DNA of 64,000 nucleotides from Macrostomum lignano (Eukaryota): NCBI GenBank assembly GCA_002269645.1, contig NIVC01000858.1, positions 201,219 to 265,218 of the forward strand, read 5' to 3'. Shown piece by piece: positions 38,794 to 50,145 of this stretch (position 1 is its first letter; each line of letters starts with the position of its first letter). The notes under the pieces were generated by a model. It saw only the letters and a program-made list of their open reading frames with translations, ran no database searches and was not told where the DNA came from. The position numbers and the translations under genes were made by a program.

Positions 38794-39819
38794 CAGCAGC
38801 AGCGGCCCGCCGCCGAGGCGGAAGCGGCCCTGGAGGAGCGGTTCGTCCACCGGGTGTACAGCTGCATGGCGCCCGCCCTCGCCTGCGCGGATGAAGGCGG
38901 CTCCGGCGGCTGCGCCAACCGGCGCGGCCCCCCAGCCTGCGTGCGCGACCTGCTGCGGGACCTGCCGCCCGGCTGCCTGCTGGCCGACCTCGGCTGCGGC
39001 CACTCCGCCGCCGCGCTGTCCCGCCTGGCTGCGGCGCGCGGCCACCTGGCGGTCGGCGCCGACATCTGCCTAGACCTGCTGCTGGCCGCCAACGACGACT
39101 GGCACCGGCGCCGGTCACGGGGCCGCCAGCGACGTCAGCCTCTGCTTGTCCAGGCCGACGTCCTCCGCTGCCCCCTGCGCTCCGCCGCTTTCGACGCCGT
39201 CACCTGCGTGTCGGTGGTGCACCACCTCGCCTCCCGAGACCGACGCCGCCGCCTCCTGGCCGAGGCTGCCCGCCTCCTTAGGCCCGGTGGCCGCCTCCTC
39301 GTCACCGCCTGGGCCTTCGAGCAGCCGGGCCGGCCGGCGAGGAGCTTCAACTGCCAGGACCTCCTCGTGCCGTGGGGCGCGCCGGAGCCTCCGCAGACTC
39401 CGGCTTTGCCGCCGCCGCCGAAGCCTCCGCCGCGGCCGGCGTGGCAGCGCCGCCTGAGCTCCCTGCCGCTGCTGGCCGGCTTCTTTGGCGGCAGCCGCAA
39501 CGGCGGCGGCTCCGGCGACTGTCAAGCCGACAGCAGCGACTGCGAGAGCGACTCGAGCGACTGCGAGTTCCGCATCCGGGAGTTCCCCGCTTCGTCGTGC
39601 CCGCGCCGCCACACGGCCGGCGACTGCTTGTGCGACGGCGCCTGCGGAGCGGCGGGCGCGCCGGCCAGCGAGGGCCGCAGGCTGCGCTACTACCATGTGT
39701 TCAGGCAGGGTGAGCTGGCCGACTGCGCCCGCGGCCTCGGCCTGGACTGCCTGCGCGAGTGGCACGAGCAGGGCAACTGGTGCCTGTCGGCCAGGCGGAT
39801 GCCCCCTTCATACTACTGA
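38794..39819 (+). CDS. TRMT9B: Trm9-family tRNA methyltransferase (TRMT9B-like); the ORF lacks its own ATG before the conserved N-terminus
   Basis: Motifs are LEERFVHRVY, LADLGCG (SAM-binding), FDAVTCVSVVHHL, RLLRPGGRLLVTAWAFEQ, QDLLVPW, RYYHVFRQGEL and EQGNWC. An acceptor TTCATTTGCAG ends at 38793 in phase 0. Confidence 0.88.
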   Translation, partial: QQQRPAAEAEAALEERFVHRVYSCMAPALACADEGGSGGCANRRGPPACVRDLLRDLPPGCLLADLGCGHSAAALSRLAAARGHLAVGADICLDLLLAANDDWHRRRSRGRQRRQPLLVQADVLRCPLRSAAFDAVTCVSVVHHLASRDRRRRLLAEAARLLRPGGRLLVTAWAFEQPGRPARSFNCQDLLVPWGAPEPPQTPALPPPPKPPPRPAWQRRLSSLPLLAGFFGGSRNGGGSGDCQADSSDCESDSSDCEFRIREFPASSCPRRHTAGDCLCDGACGAAGAPASEGRRLRYYHVFRQGELADCARGLGLDCLREWHEQGNWCLSARRMPPSYY

Positions 39820-40197
39820 CTGAGCTCCACGAGTAGTATCGGATTTGTCAAGCTCATCGAACTGTTGGCGCAGACTTAATGCTTCCATACTCTTTTTAAC
39901 GTTTTATTACTCTGCAATTTCACACGCTGCATGCGCTGTGCACTTTTATTGTTTGGTGTCGGGGCATTTTTGCGGTTCCAAAGTGGCTTCAGGTCAGGTC
40001 AGGTCACGCGGATTTCATGCTAGACTTATGCTAGACCGTTTTGCACATTCCAATATAAATTTTACTGAGAACTGCTGCAGCTTCCAATTGAAATATACTG
40101 AGGTTTTTATTTCTTCATTTATCAACGAACTTACAAATGTGCCTGTTATGCTGAGTCGTTTATTTCCTAGAGAAATTTCTAGGTTTTCAAATAGCAG

Positions 40198-40334
40198 TTT
40201 TCGATACATATCGGCTCTGGTTCGATATGTATTTCTAGATACCCACAGAAAAAACTATTTTTCGATACATATCGGCTCTGGTTCGATATATATGTCTAGA
40301 TACCCATAGAAAAACTATTTTTCAATACATATCG
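40198..40334. repeat. 61-bp tandem duplication (~2.3 copies) immediately before the Twinkle branch point
   Basis: TCGATACATATCGGCTCTGGTTCGATAT at 40201 and 40262. Confidence 0.85.
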
Positions 40335-40370
40335 GTGCTAATCCGAATCGCCATCCGCATTCGCCCGCAG

Positions 40371-41673
40371 TCGGCCGCGGCTGCCAAGTCAGCGGCAGCA
40401 GCAGCAGTGGCGGGCGGCCAGCTGCCCAGCCGCATCATCAGCCTGTCCGGCCAGCTGCGCTCCCGCACCCTGCAGACAATCCTGCGGCACACGGAGGAGC
40501 AGGGCCAGCGCTGGGCACGCTTTACCGAGCTCAACGCCCTGCTGAAGGGCTTCCGCAGTCACGAGCTGACGGTGCTGTGCGGCCGCACTGGCACCGGGAA
40601 GACCACCCTGCTGTCCGAGTACTCGCTGGACCTGTGCGAGCAGGGCGTGCCCACCCTTTGGGGCAGCTTCGAGGTGCCGCTGCACCGCCTCTGCTCCCTC
40701 ATGCTGCACCAGTTCGCCGGCAGGCCGCTGCACCGCGAGCCCGTCGACACCGTCAACGCCGTGATGGACGCCTTCGGCTCGCTGCCGATGCACTTTCTCG
40801 ACTATCACGGACCGCAGTCCACCGCCGCCGTGCTGCGCGACCTGGAGGCCGCCACGGCCGGCCCACTGGGGGTCCGGCACGCCGTCATCGACAACCTGCA
40901 GTTCCTGCTGGGCGGCGAGGCCGACGCCTCTATGGCAGACCGGTTCCTCCGCCAGGACCGGTTCGTGGGCCAGCTGCGCCAGCTGGTCAACCGCACCGGC
41001 CTGCACGTGTCGCTGGTGGCGCACCCGCGCAAGGAGGACCCGAAGAAGCTGCTGGACGTCGGCTCCGTCTACGGCGGCGGCAAGGTGACGCAGGAGGCGG
41101 ACAACGTGCTGCTGCTGCAGGACGAGTCCGGACTGGACGACCGGCCGCACCCGCAGCGCTACCTGCAGGTCAGCTTCACCGCCTACCTCGCTTGCCTCAT
41201 CAGCACTGGCCCCATGAGCTGTCCGGAAATAGTCTCCGATCCCACCTGAGAATCGTCTCCGATCCCACCTGAGAATCGTCTCCGATCCCACCTGAGAATC
41301 GTCTCCGATCCCACCTGAGAATCGTCTCCGATCCCACCTGAGAATCGTCTCCGATCCCACCTGAGAATCGTCTCCGATCCCACCTGAGAATCGTCTCCGA
41401 TCCCACCTGAGAATCGTCTCCGATCCCACCTGAGAATTGCCCCAATTCCACCTGAGAATCACCCTCAATCTCACCTGAGAATCGCTGCAACCCACGCGAC
41501 TCCAACCGCAGGTGGCGAAGAACCGACACGACGGGCAGCTGGGTCGCATGCCGCTGCTGTTCGACCGCCAGTCCAAGTCGTACCGGCGGCTCCGCGCCCA
41601 GCAGCAGCAGGGAGGCTCAGCGCAGCCTGTCAGGGAATCCGGCTCGACCAGTGTTGCCGCATCCGGCTCCTGA
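40371..41673 (+). CDS. TWNK: Twinkle (T7 gp4-like SF4) helicase domain only, exons 40371-41168 and 41512-41673, about 320 aa; 5' end unresolved
   Basis: Motifs are KGFRSHELTVLCGRTGTGKTT (Walker A), WGSFE, VIDNLQF, VAHPRKED, TQEADNVLLLQD and RYLQ|VAKNRHDG. The intron is phase-0 GT-AG. Confidence 0.92.
41232..41480. repeat. 23-bp minisatellite TCTCCGATCCCACCTGAGAATCG (~9-10 copies) in the Twinkle intron
   Basis: Period 23 (41233, 41256). Confidence 0.94.
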
Positions 41674-41964
41674 CAGTGTGCTGCTTTTGCAATTGCTGCT
41701 AGTTTTGTCCGGACTTATGACTGCTTGCTTGAACAGCTGATGTTGCTACTGTCAGTAGAGTTGCGAGCTTCAGATTATAACGAACTATTTTTATTGGCCT
41801 CAGATTTTTACTATATTTTTGTCAGTGTTTATCGGCTCGATTCGGTCAACTGTGACTGTCAGCATCTGTATTTTTCATTGTTATCTTTGAGCTGACGATT
41901 TCTGACTGTAATAACAGCTGATCCCCGATTTTTTGCGAATGGCATATTTACTGACTCTACACCT

Positions 41965-42600
41965 CTCACTTTGACTCTCTTCCGTGTCTCATCTAGTCTC
42001 ACCCTGACTCTCATTCGTGTCTCACCCCTGACTCTCATCCGTGTCTCCATCCTGACTCTCATTCGTGCCTCCATCCTGACTCTCATCCGTGTCTCACCCC
42101 TGACTCTCATTCGTGTCTCCATCCTGACTCTCATTCGTGTCTCACCCCTGACTCTCATTCGTGTCTCAACCCTGACTCTCATCCGTGTCTCACCCCTGAC
42201 TCTCATCCGTGTCTCACCCCTGACTCTCATCCGTGTCTCCATCCTGACTCTCAACCGTGTCTCCATCCTGACACTCATCCGTGTCTCACCCCTGACTCTC
42301 ATTCGTGTCTCAACCCTGACTCTCATCCGTGTCTCACCCCTGACTCTCAACCGTGTCTCCATCCTGACTCTCACCCGTGTCTCACCCCTGACTCTCATAC
42401 GTGTCTCACCCCTGACTCTTATCCAGTCTCACCCCTGACTCTCATCCGTGTCTCCCCCCTGACTCTCATCCGTGCCTCACCCCTGACTCTCATCCGTGTC
42501 TCACCCCTGACTCTCAACCGTGTCTCCATCCTGACTCTCACCCGTGTCTCACCCCTGACTCTCATCCGTGTCTCACCCCTGACTCTCAACCGTGTCTCAA
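41965..42600. repeat. 24-bp minisatellite CCCTGACTCTCATCCGTGTCTCAC (~26 copies)
   Basis: Directly visible. Confidence 0.95.
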
Positions 42601-43328
42601 TGCAAGTTTTCCTGTCCAGCTGTGCAATTCCAGCAGCCCCCTGCTGATTGGCAAATTTGCCTGCTCGAGCTCCATTTTCAAGCTGGACACTCCATTTTGC
42701 CGCATTTCCTGTAAATTTCCGGTGTGTCATGCGAGCCGGGCAGCCAGTAAATCCTGAGGCTGTTCGCCCTGCCCGATCAGGCGGGCTCTCCGTTGGAGCG
42801 AAATAACTGCCTCTGTCTGAGTTTATCGGTCGGCTTTTCTTTATTTTAAATAAATAATTTTGCTCGGCCATTTCCTGCAATTGGTTGCTGGGCAAACAAA
42901 ACTGCTGGGCGGCTCTCTGGAGAGTTGGGGATCTCCAATAAATGATGACAGAACCGCATCTGGCCCAGCAGAGCCGTCTTGGAAATTCTTAGAAAAAGCA
43001 AGAAGTCATTAGTAGGTATGCTGATCCGCATCAGCAGAGCGTGTTCTCAGCGCTGAGCAGCAATAAAAAATTCCGCCCTAATGGGACTTGCTTTGCCGCT
43101 TCAGCAGCGGCACGAATTTCTACCCACCGGACTTTTTCTATCGGAGACCGCTTTCCTGGCAAACTGCTTTCCTCACTTCTGTGCTCATTAGTCCACTCCA
43201 ACTTCACGCTAATGCAGGAATAAATAGGGGTGGAATACAGGTGGGAAAGCAGTCAGTCACGTGATGAGACTTCTACATTGGTTAGATAGTAATCCATTTT
43301 TACACTTCCTAGCTGTGTGAAGAACTGC

Positions 43329-43780
43329 TGCTTGCGGCATGGCGTACAGAGCCTGTCACGTGTCATACATGCTTGCGGCATGGCGTACAGAGCCTGTCAC
43401 GGATCATGCGTGCTTGCGGCATGGCGTACAGAGCCTGTCACGTATCATGCGTGCTTGCGGCATGGCGTACAGAGCCTGTCACGTATCATGCGTGCTTGCG
43501 GCATGGCGTACAGAGCCTGTCATGGATCACACGTGCTTGCGGCATGGCGTACAGAGCCTGTCACGGATCACACGTGCTTGCGGCATGGCGTACAGAGCCT
43601 GTCACGGATCATGCGTGCTTGCGACATGGCGTACAGAGCCTGTCACGGATCACACGTGCTTGCGGCATGGCGTACAGAGCCTGTCACGGATCACACGTGC
43701 TTGCGGCATGGCGTACAGAGCCTGTCACGGATCATGCGTGCTTGCGGCGCATGGCGTACAGAGCCTGTCACGGATTATGC
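43329..43780. repeat. 41-bp minisatellite (~11 copies)
   Basis: GCTTGCGGCATGGCGTACAGAGCCTGTCACGGATCATGCGT (43330, 43371). Confidence 0.95.
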
Positions 43781-44715
43781 ATGGGCACGTGCAGTTTTCC
43801 GCTGCACGCCGCACTGCAAGCAATTATACTGCCGGTTTGAACTGCTGGCCTGAAGCTACACGGCTACTGCAGTTCCTTGCCCAGTGCCACTGGACTGGGT
43901 ATATATAGTGCGTACGTCCGTTTTCCTGACTGGATAAGGTCTCATGTCCGCCTGTCTGCGTCTGCCTGTCCGCCTGTCTGCATCCGCCTGTCTGCGTCTG
44001 CCTGTCTGAATTTCATTATTTTTTGTCTGGCTACTATATAAATTTGTTTAATAACTATATGCATCTGAAACTTGAAAGCTCCGGTCTGTTTGAGTGAAAG
44101 CCAGGCTGAAGGCTTCAATACAATAACGGGGCTCTGATGTCGCACTCCGATTGCAGCTGAGATTCGATCGGGTCCGAAGCAGATTTGCATTACAATGGGT
44201 ACAATGGGGCACAGGTGGGGCTTTTCTGAACCGGCCCCCGCGTACGCGGTCTTTGGCTTTATGTAAATCTGCATGTTTATAGCGCCAGCGAATCGCAATT
44301 GAAACGTTAAAACCGGAATGCTGAAGAGGGAGCCGTTATTTCAACAACACCCAAATGCACTTCGCCCAGCCTGCGCTCATAGAGCATGTGGCCTCTCAAA
44401 TCGATTAATTGAATTGCTCACTTTGTTGCCATGCAGGCCGCAGGTGCAATTAATTAATTGATTGGCAAACAGCAAAAGTGGGCGAGCAGAGAAACTCGCA
44501 TCTGGCTGTTTTATATTCGCGCTTTTGTTCAAAGCTGCAGTTGCCATGCAGGTTGCATGAGGCAGGGGACCCGAACTGCCTGCTGCTACCGGTCAGCCCC
44601 CCCCCACTCAGCTGCTCAATTTGAACTCAGCCCACCGTGACTGCGGCTTCATCACAGACACCTGTGCCTGCAGCAGCATCGCTCGGGTGGGGAAACGTGG
44701 CCATTCACTATACTC

Positions 44716-46409
44716 ACATTGCTCATAGCCTGCAGTGAATAGGGTGTCTGAGCAGCTGAGCTCATTGCTCACAGCCTGCAGTGAATAGGGTGTCTGAGCA
44801 GCTGAGCTCATTGCTCACAGCCTGCAGTGAATAGGGTGTCTGAGCAGCTGAGCTCATTGCTCACAGCCTGCAGTGAATAGGGTGTCTGAGCAGCTGAGCT
44901 CATTGCTCACAGCCTGCAGTGAATAGGGTGTCTGAGCAGCTGAGCTCATTGGTCATAGCCTGCAGTGAATAGGGTGTCTGAGCAGCTGAGCTCATTGCTC
45001 ACAGCCTGCAGTGAATAGGGTGTCTGAGCAGCTGAGCTCATTGCTCACAGCCTGCAGTGAATAGGGTGTCTGAGCAGCTGAGCTCATTGCTCACAGCCTG
45101 CAGTGAATAGGGTGTCTGAGCAGCTGAGCTCATTGCTCACAGCCTGCAGTGAATAGGGTGTCTGAGCAGCTGAGCTCATTGCTCACAGCCTGCAGTGAAT
45201 AGGGTGTCTGAGCAGCTGAGCTCATTGCTCACAGCCTGCAGTGAATAGGGTGTCTGAGCAGCTGAGCTCATTGCTCACAGCCTGCAGTGAATAGGGTGTC
45301 TGAGCAGCTGAGCTCATTGCTCACAGCCTGCAGTGAATAGGGTGTCTGAGCAGCTGAGCTCATTGCTCACAGCCTGCAGTGAATAGGGTGTCTGAGCAGC
45401 TGAGCTCATTGCTCACAGCCTGCAGTGAATAGGGTGTCTGAGCAGCTGAGCTCATTGCTCACAGCCTGCAGTGAATAGGGTGTCTGAGCAGCTGAGCTCA
45501 TTGCTCACAGCCTGCAGTGAATAGGGTGTCTGAGCAGCTGAGCTCATTGCTCACAGCCTGCAGTGAATAGGGTGTCTGAGCAGCTGAGCTCATTGCTCAT
45601 AGCCTGCAGTGAATAGGGTGTCTGAGCAGCTGAGCTCATTGCTCACAGCCTGCAGTGAATAGGGTGTCTGAGCAGCTGAGCTCATTGCTCACAGCCTGCA
45701 GTGAATAGGGTGTCTGAGCAGCTGAGCTCATTGCTCACAGCCTGCAGTGAATAGGGTGTCTGAGCAGCTGAGCTCATTGCTCACAGCCTGCAGTGAATAG
45801 GGTGTCTGAGCAGCTGAGCTCATTGCTCACAGCCTGCAGTGAATAGGGTGTCTGAGCAGCTGAGCTCATTGCTCACAGCCTGCAGTGAATAGGGTGTCTG
45901 AGCAGCTGAGCTCATTGCTCATAGCCTGCAGTGAATAGGGTGTCTGAGCAGCTGAGCTCATTGCTCACAGCCTGCAGTGAATAGGGTGTCTGAGCAGCTG
46001 AGCTCATTGCTCACAGCCTGCAGTGAATAGGGTGTCTGAGCAGCTGAGCTCATTGCTCATAGCCTGCAGTGAATAGGGTGTCTGAGCAGCTGAGCTCATT
46101 GCTCACAGCCTGCAGTGAATAGGGTGTCTGAGCAGCTGAGCTCATTGCTCACAGCCTGCAGTGAATAGGGTGTCTGAGCAGCTGAGCTCATTGCTCACAG
46201 CCTGCAGTGAATAGGGTGTCTGAGCAGCTGAGCTCATTGCTCACAGCCTGCAGTGAATAGGGTGTCTGAGCAGCTGAGCTCATTGCTCACAGCCTGCAGT
46301 GAATAGGGTGTCTGAGCAGCTGAGCTCATTGGTCATAGCCTGCAGTGAATAGGGTGTCTGAGCAGCTGAGCTCATTGCTCACAGCCTGCAGTGAATAGGG
46401 TGTCTGAGC
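44716..46409. repeat. 46-bp near-perfect minisatellite (~37 copies)
   Basis: AGCCTGCAGTGAATAGGGTGTCTGAGCAGCTGAGCTCATTGCTCAC (44727, 44773). Confidence 0.97.
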
Positions 46410-46799
46410 CACTTCAACTGAGTTACATTTTTTGGTATGTTCGTGATTTAGGAGTGATGATGGAGATGTTAAGCGAGCTTTAGACGGAGAGTTCCTGTCC
46501 TGAAGTGGGAAGTTCCTGTCCTGAAATGGGGCTATCCTGAAATGGGGAATTGTTGCTTCAGTACCTTTCCAGGAATTTGTTGCAGAAACGCATCCGACAG
46601 CTGCACTGACTTGCTGGATTTCAGACTTCTGTTTTTTCTTCAAGCAGAAAGCAGGAAAGCCAAGCAAAGCAGAAGCGAGTTGTATTCATGGGCCACTTCC
46701 GCCGCGCTGTCCGTGTTTGCTTGCCAAATATTGAGAGAAAGCGGAGAGAATTCGAAGAAATTCAAGCTGCGCCAACAACCCATGCGGCTGTGGTCGGTG

Positions 46800-47066
46800 G
46801 AGCTCAGACTGAGTGAGTCCGGTTCTGACCAATTGTTTAGCGGGAGCTCAGACTGAGTGAGTCCGGTTCTGACCAATTGTTTAGCGGGAGCTCAGACTGA
46901 GTGAGTCCGGTTCTGACCAATTGTTTAGCGGGAGCTCAGACTGAGTGAGTCCGGTTCTGACCAATTGTTTAGCGGGAGCTCAGACTGAGTGAGTCCGGTT
47001 CTGACCAATTGTTTAGCGGGAGCTCAGACTGAGTGAGTCCGGTTCTGACCAATTGTTTAGCGGAGC
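46800..47066. repeat. 44-bp minisatellite (6 copies)
   Basis: GAGCTCAGACTGAGTGAGTCCGGTTCTGACCAATTGTTTAGCGG. Confidence 0.95.
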
Positions 47067-47154
47067 TGCTTGATTTGAGTTCGGTTTATTTCTTTTGTTA
47101 TAAATGGTCAGTTGAATTTATTCATTCAGCCGAGGCCTGCGGGGTCATCCGGGG

Positions 47155-47926
47155 TCAGCTGAGCAGCTGCAGGCCGCGGTCCAGGTTCACCGAGTGCAGC
47201 ATGGCGAAGTAGCACCGGCGGACGCACCTGGTCGACTCGTCGGAACAGCCGCAGGCGGCGGGCACCGGGGCGGCCATCTCGCGGAACAGCAGCCGCATCA
47301 GGCGGACCTCCGCACGCATCACGCCGATGTCCGCCACGCCGCCCAGGCAGCCGCGGCCGGTGCGGGCGCATTCCTCATCGTCTGGCATCAGCGGAGGCGG
47401 CGCGGGAGATGCCTGAGGTGGTGGGGCGAAGATCGCGCGATCACCTGAGCGTTTTGTGATCCCAACTTCTGGATTCCCTGAGCTCAGGGTCTGTCAGGTC
47501 AGTCAGGAGTCCTGAGCATCCCTGAGCTCAGGGTCTGTCAGGTCAGTCAGGAGTCCTGAGCATCCCTGAGCTCAGGGTCTGTCAGGTCAGTCAGGAGTCC
47601 TGAGCATCCCTGAGCTCTGAGTCTGTCAGGTCAGTCAGGAGTCCTGAGCATTCCTGAGCTCAGGGTCTGTCAGGTCAGTCAGGAGTCCTGAGCATCCCTG
47701 AGCTCAGGGTCTGTCAGGTCAGTCAGGAGTCCTGAGCATCCCTGAGCTCAGGGTCTGTCAGGTCAGTCAGGAGTCCTGAGCATCCCTGAGCTCAGGGTCT
47801 GTCAGGTCAGTCAGGAGTCCTGAGCACCCTGAGCTCAGGGTCTGCAGTTCTGTCAGCTAGCCTCACCTGCACGAATCCGCAGGCGCAGCAGCACAAGAGA
47901 AGCAGAGCAGCGGCTGAGGCCCTCAT
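47155..47926 (-). CDS. Unrecognised small secreted Cys-rich protein, 2 exons (47926-47867, 47412-47155), 105 aa
   Basis: Exon 1 is MRASAAALLLLCCCACGFVQ followed by a CAG|GTGAGG donor. The acceptor CCCCACCACCTCAG is in phase 0. Exon 2 is ASPAPPPLMPDDEECARTGRGCLGG...CGCSDESTRCVRRCYFAMLH...LLS*. Codons are host-like and GC3-rich, and two AATAAA lie downstream. Confidence 0.75.
47476..47845. repeat. 44-bp minisatellite (~8 copies) filling the intron of the secreted-protein gene
   Basis: CCTGAGCTCAGGGTCTGTCAGGTCAGTCAGGAGTCCTGAGCATC (47477, 47521). Confidence 0.95.
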
Positions 47927-48356
47927 GCTTGGGGAAATTCGTTTAGACTTTTGGCTTTTAAAATTTTTTTCTGGCTGGAAAGGGTGGAGGCGGAGCGGCA
48001 GAGGCTGGCCGGGCTGGCCGGAGCGGCCGGTTTTCATCTGAAGCAGCCCCGAAGCCATTAGGTGGGCAGGGGCCAATCAGGCCTCGCTACTGAGCAGTCC
48101 CGACTCCGAATTCATTTTGTCGGGTCGGAAATCAAAATTACATAAATAATTTTTTGCGGCCACAACAGGCCTGCATTAAATTTGAACATTGGAATTTAAT
48201 TTCGGGCCTCGGCTGCAGCCCAACTTCCGCAGGTGACTGATCGCGCGAACAGCCGTCTCGGCGGGGGAAAATCGCTGCGTAAATTAAAATTAAACCGCTC
48301 TGAACCGTTCTGCCTCTGACCTTGCTGTGACTTGGCTGTCTCAACAAAGCACAGAG

Positions 48357-48925
48357 CCAGCCCTAACCCTAGCCCTAGTAGCCCTAACCCTAGCCCTAGT
48401 AGCCCTAACCTTAGACCTAGTAGCCCTAACCCTAGCCCTAGTAGCCCTAACCTTAGACCTAGTAGCCCTAACCCTAGCCCTAGTAGCTCTAACCTTAGCC
48501 CTAGTAGCTCTAACCCTAGCCCTAGTAGCCCTAACCCTAGCCCTAGTAGCCCTAACCCTAGCCCTAGTAGCCCTAACCCTAGCCCTAGTAGCTCTAACCT
48601 TAGCCCTAGTAGCTCTAACCCTAGCCCTAGTAGCCCTAACCTTAGCCCTAGTAGCTCTAACCCTAGCCCTAGTAGCTCTAACCTTAGCCCTAGTAGCTCT
48701 AACCCTAGCCCTAGTAGCTCTAACCCTAGCCCTAGTAGCTCTAACCCTAGCCCTAGTAGCCCTAACCCTAGCCCTAGTAGCTCTAACCCTAGCCCTAGTA
48801 GCTCTAACCCTAGCCCTAGTAGCTCTAACCCTAGCCCTAGTAGCTCTAACCCTAGCCCTAGTAGCTCTAACCTTAGCCCTAGTAGCTCTAACCTTAGCCC
48901 TAGTAGCTCTAACCCTAGCCCTAGG
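48357..48925. repeat. 21-bp telomere-like minisatellite CCCTAACCCTAGCCCTAGTAG (~27 copies)
   Basis: The unit is CCCTAA + CCCTAG + CCCTAG + TAG, with CTCTAA and CCTTAG variants. Confidence 0.93.
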
Positions 48926-50145
48926 AGCCATCTTAGCCCTAGACTTAACCATTTTTTCACTGGCTCCAGTGTTAATCACCGTATCTATAATCTTAGTCTT
49001 ATTTTATATCTACACATGTCAGAATTTATTTGGCGAACAGTATCTGTACAAAAAGATGCTAATAAAACCCCTACATCATTACTACTTGGCAGTAGCCGCA
49101 ATGCAAATTTTGCATAGCCCGGACCAGTGCCCGGACCAGTGCAGCAGTGGCGACAGCCGGTGCCAAACAGCAGAGACGGGGAGACGGCGAGTCAGGCTGA
49201 GATGCTGTCAGCTAAGCATTTCGCAGGTGCTTATAATTTATATTTATTTAAATAGGCAAAGTACACACAGGTAATGAATGTTTGATGGCCTCCGCAAATG
49301 AAATAAGAGCTTGGCTGGTCAGACAGACAGAATGCACCACAGGTGAGGCCCTGGGGCTTCAGTGCCAGCATGAGTGCACCATGGCAGAGCGCATTGGAGC
49401 TGTACAGTTCAGAGCGGCTTGGCGGTGGGATTAATCGCATGGGAATGTTGAGTGACAGGAAAATGGCACCAGAGCGGGGAACGAGCGGCTCGTTCGTTTC
49501 TCCTCGATCAGAAAATCTTGAAAATCAAAACAAAAAATTGCTCAAATCTGAGGACACGAAATCTGAAATCAGTGAAATCGAATCAAAATGGCTGCGAATT
49601 GGAGGCGAAAGCAAAATTGCGCGCGGCTGAAGAAACCAATCGGGCGCTTCTTCAACTCGCGGCCCAGGGCTGGAGAATCGATTTGATGAGGCTGGGGAAG
49701 CTGGGCGGATCGGCGGTGGCCCAGCGCGAAATCGACAAAAAAATCGGCAGAAAATCTGCGCAGGCCGCACAGAGGCCAGGGCTTGTAGAAGGCGGCTCAG
49801 ACGGCCTTCGGTTTGGAATGGCATGGCAAAATTTCTGGGCATTGCAGCACATCGATAAGGCAGAGGAAAAGCAGAACAGACAAGTGCGGAGGCTTCGTTT
49901 TCGGATACGCGGTGGTGTCGGTGATTTTTTACTAAAAGCAACGCACGGGGAAATACCTGACTGGGAGCTGCACATGTACTTGAGCGCACTGGGCTGGGGA
50001 ACTCGGCTGCAAAATTGTTCTACAGTACTAGAATTGAAAACTAGGCACAGTAAATCGTACGGTAGGCAGAGGTTCATCAGACACTTTTGAAGCCAAATTA
50101 CTTGAGCAGGTGGTGCAGGGGAGGCCGGGGATTCGGCTGAGGCCG

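Noticed and set aside
39845-40309. 154-aa ORF between TRMT9B and Twinkle, including MLSRLFPREISRF...
   Set aside because: It is AT-rich, runs into a 61-bp duplication, and has no good in-phase donor at that segment. The alternative mini-exon 39931-40002 is kept in the Twinkle finding.
43240-43290. GTCACGTGAT E-box and ATTGG (CCAAT) cluster
   Set aside because: These are short motifs with no gene I could assign nearby, so chance occurrence cannot be excluded.
48357-48925. True chromosome end
   Set aside because: The repeat is internal, flanked by unique DNA on both sides, and not pure (TTAGGG)n.
48196-49274. Long LGLGLEL / LALVALT / SPSSSNP ORFs
   Set aside because: They are artefacts of the 21-bp telomere-like repeat being open in several frames.
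49452-50090. 212-aa plus-strand ORF
   Set aside because: It has no motif and non-host codon style, and lies antisense to the probable AJM1 3' UTR.
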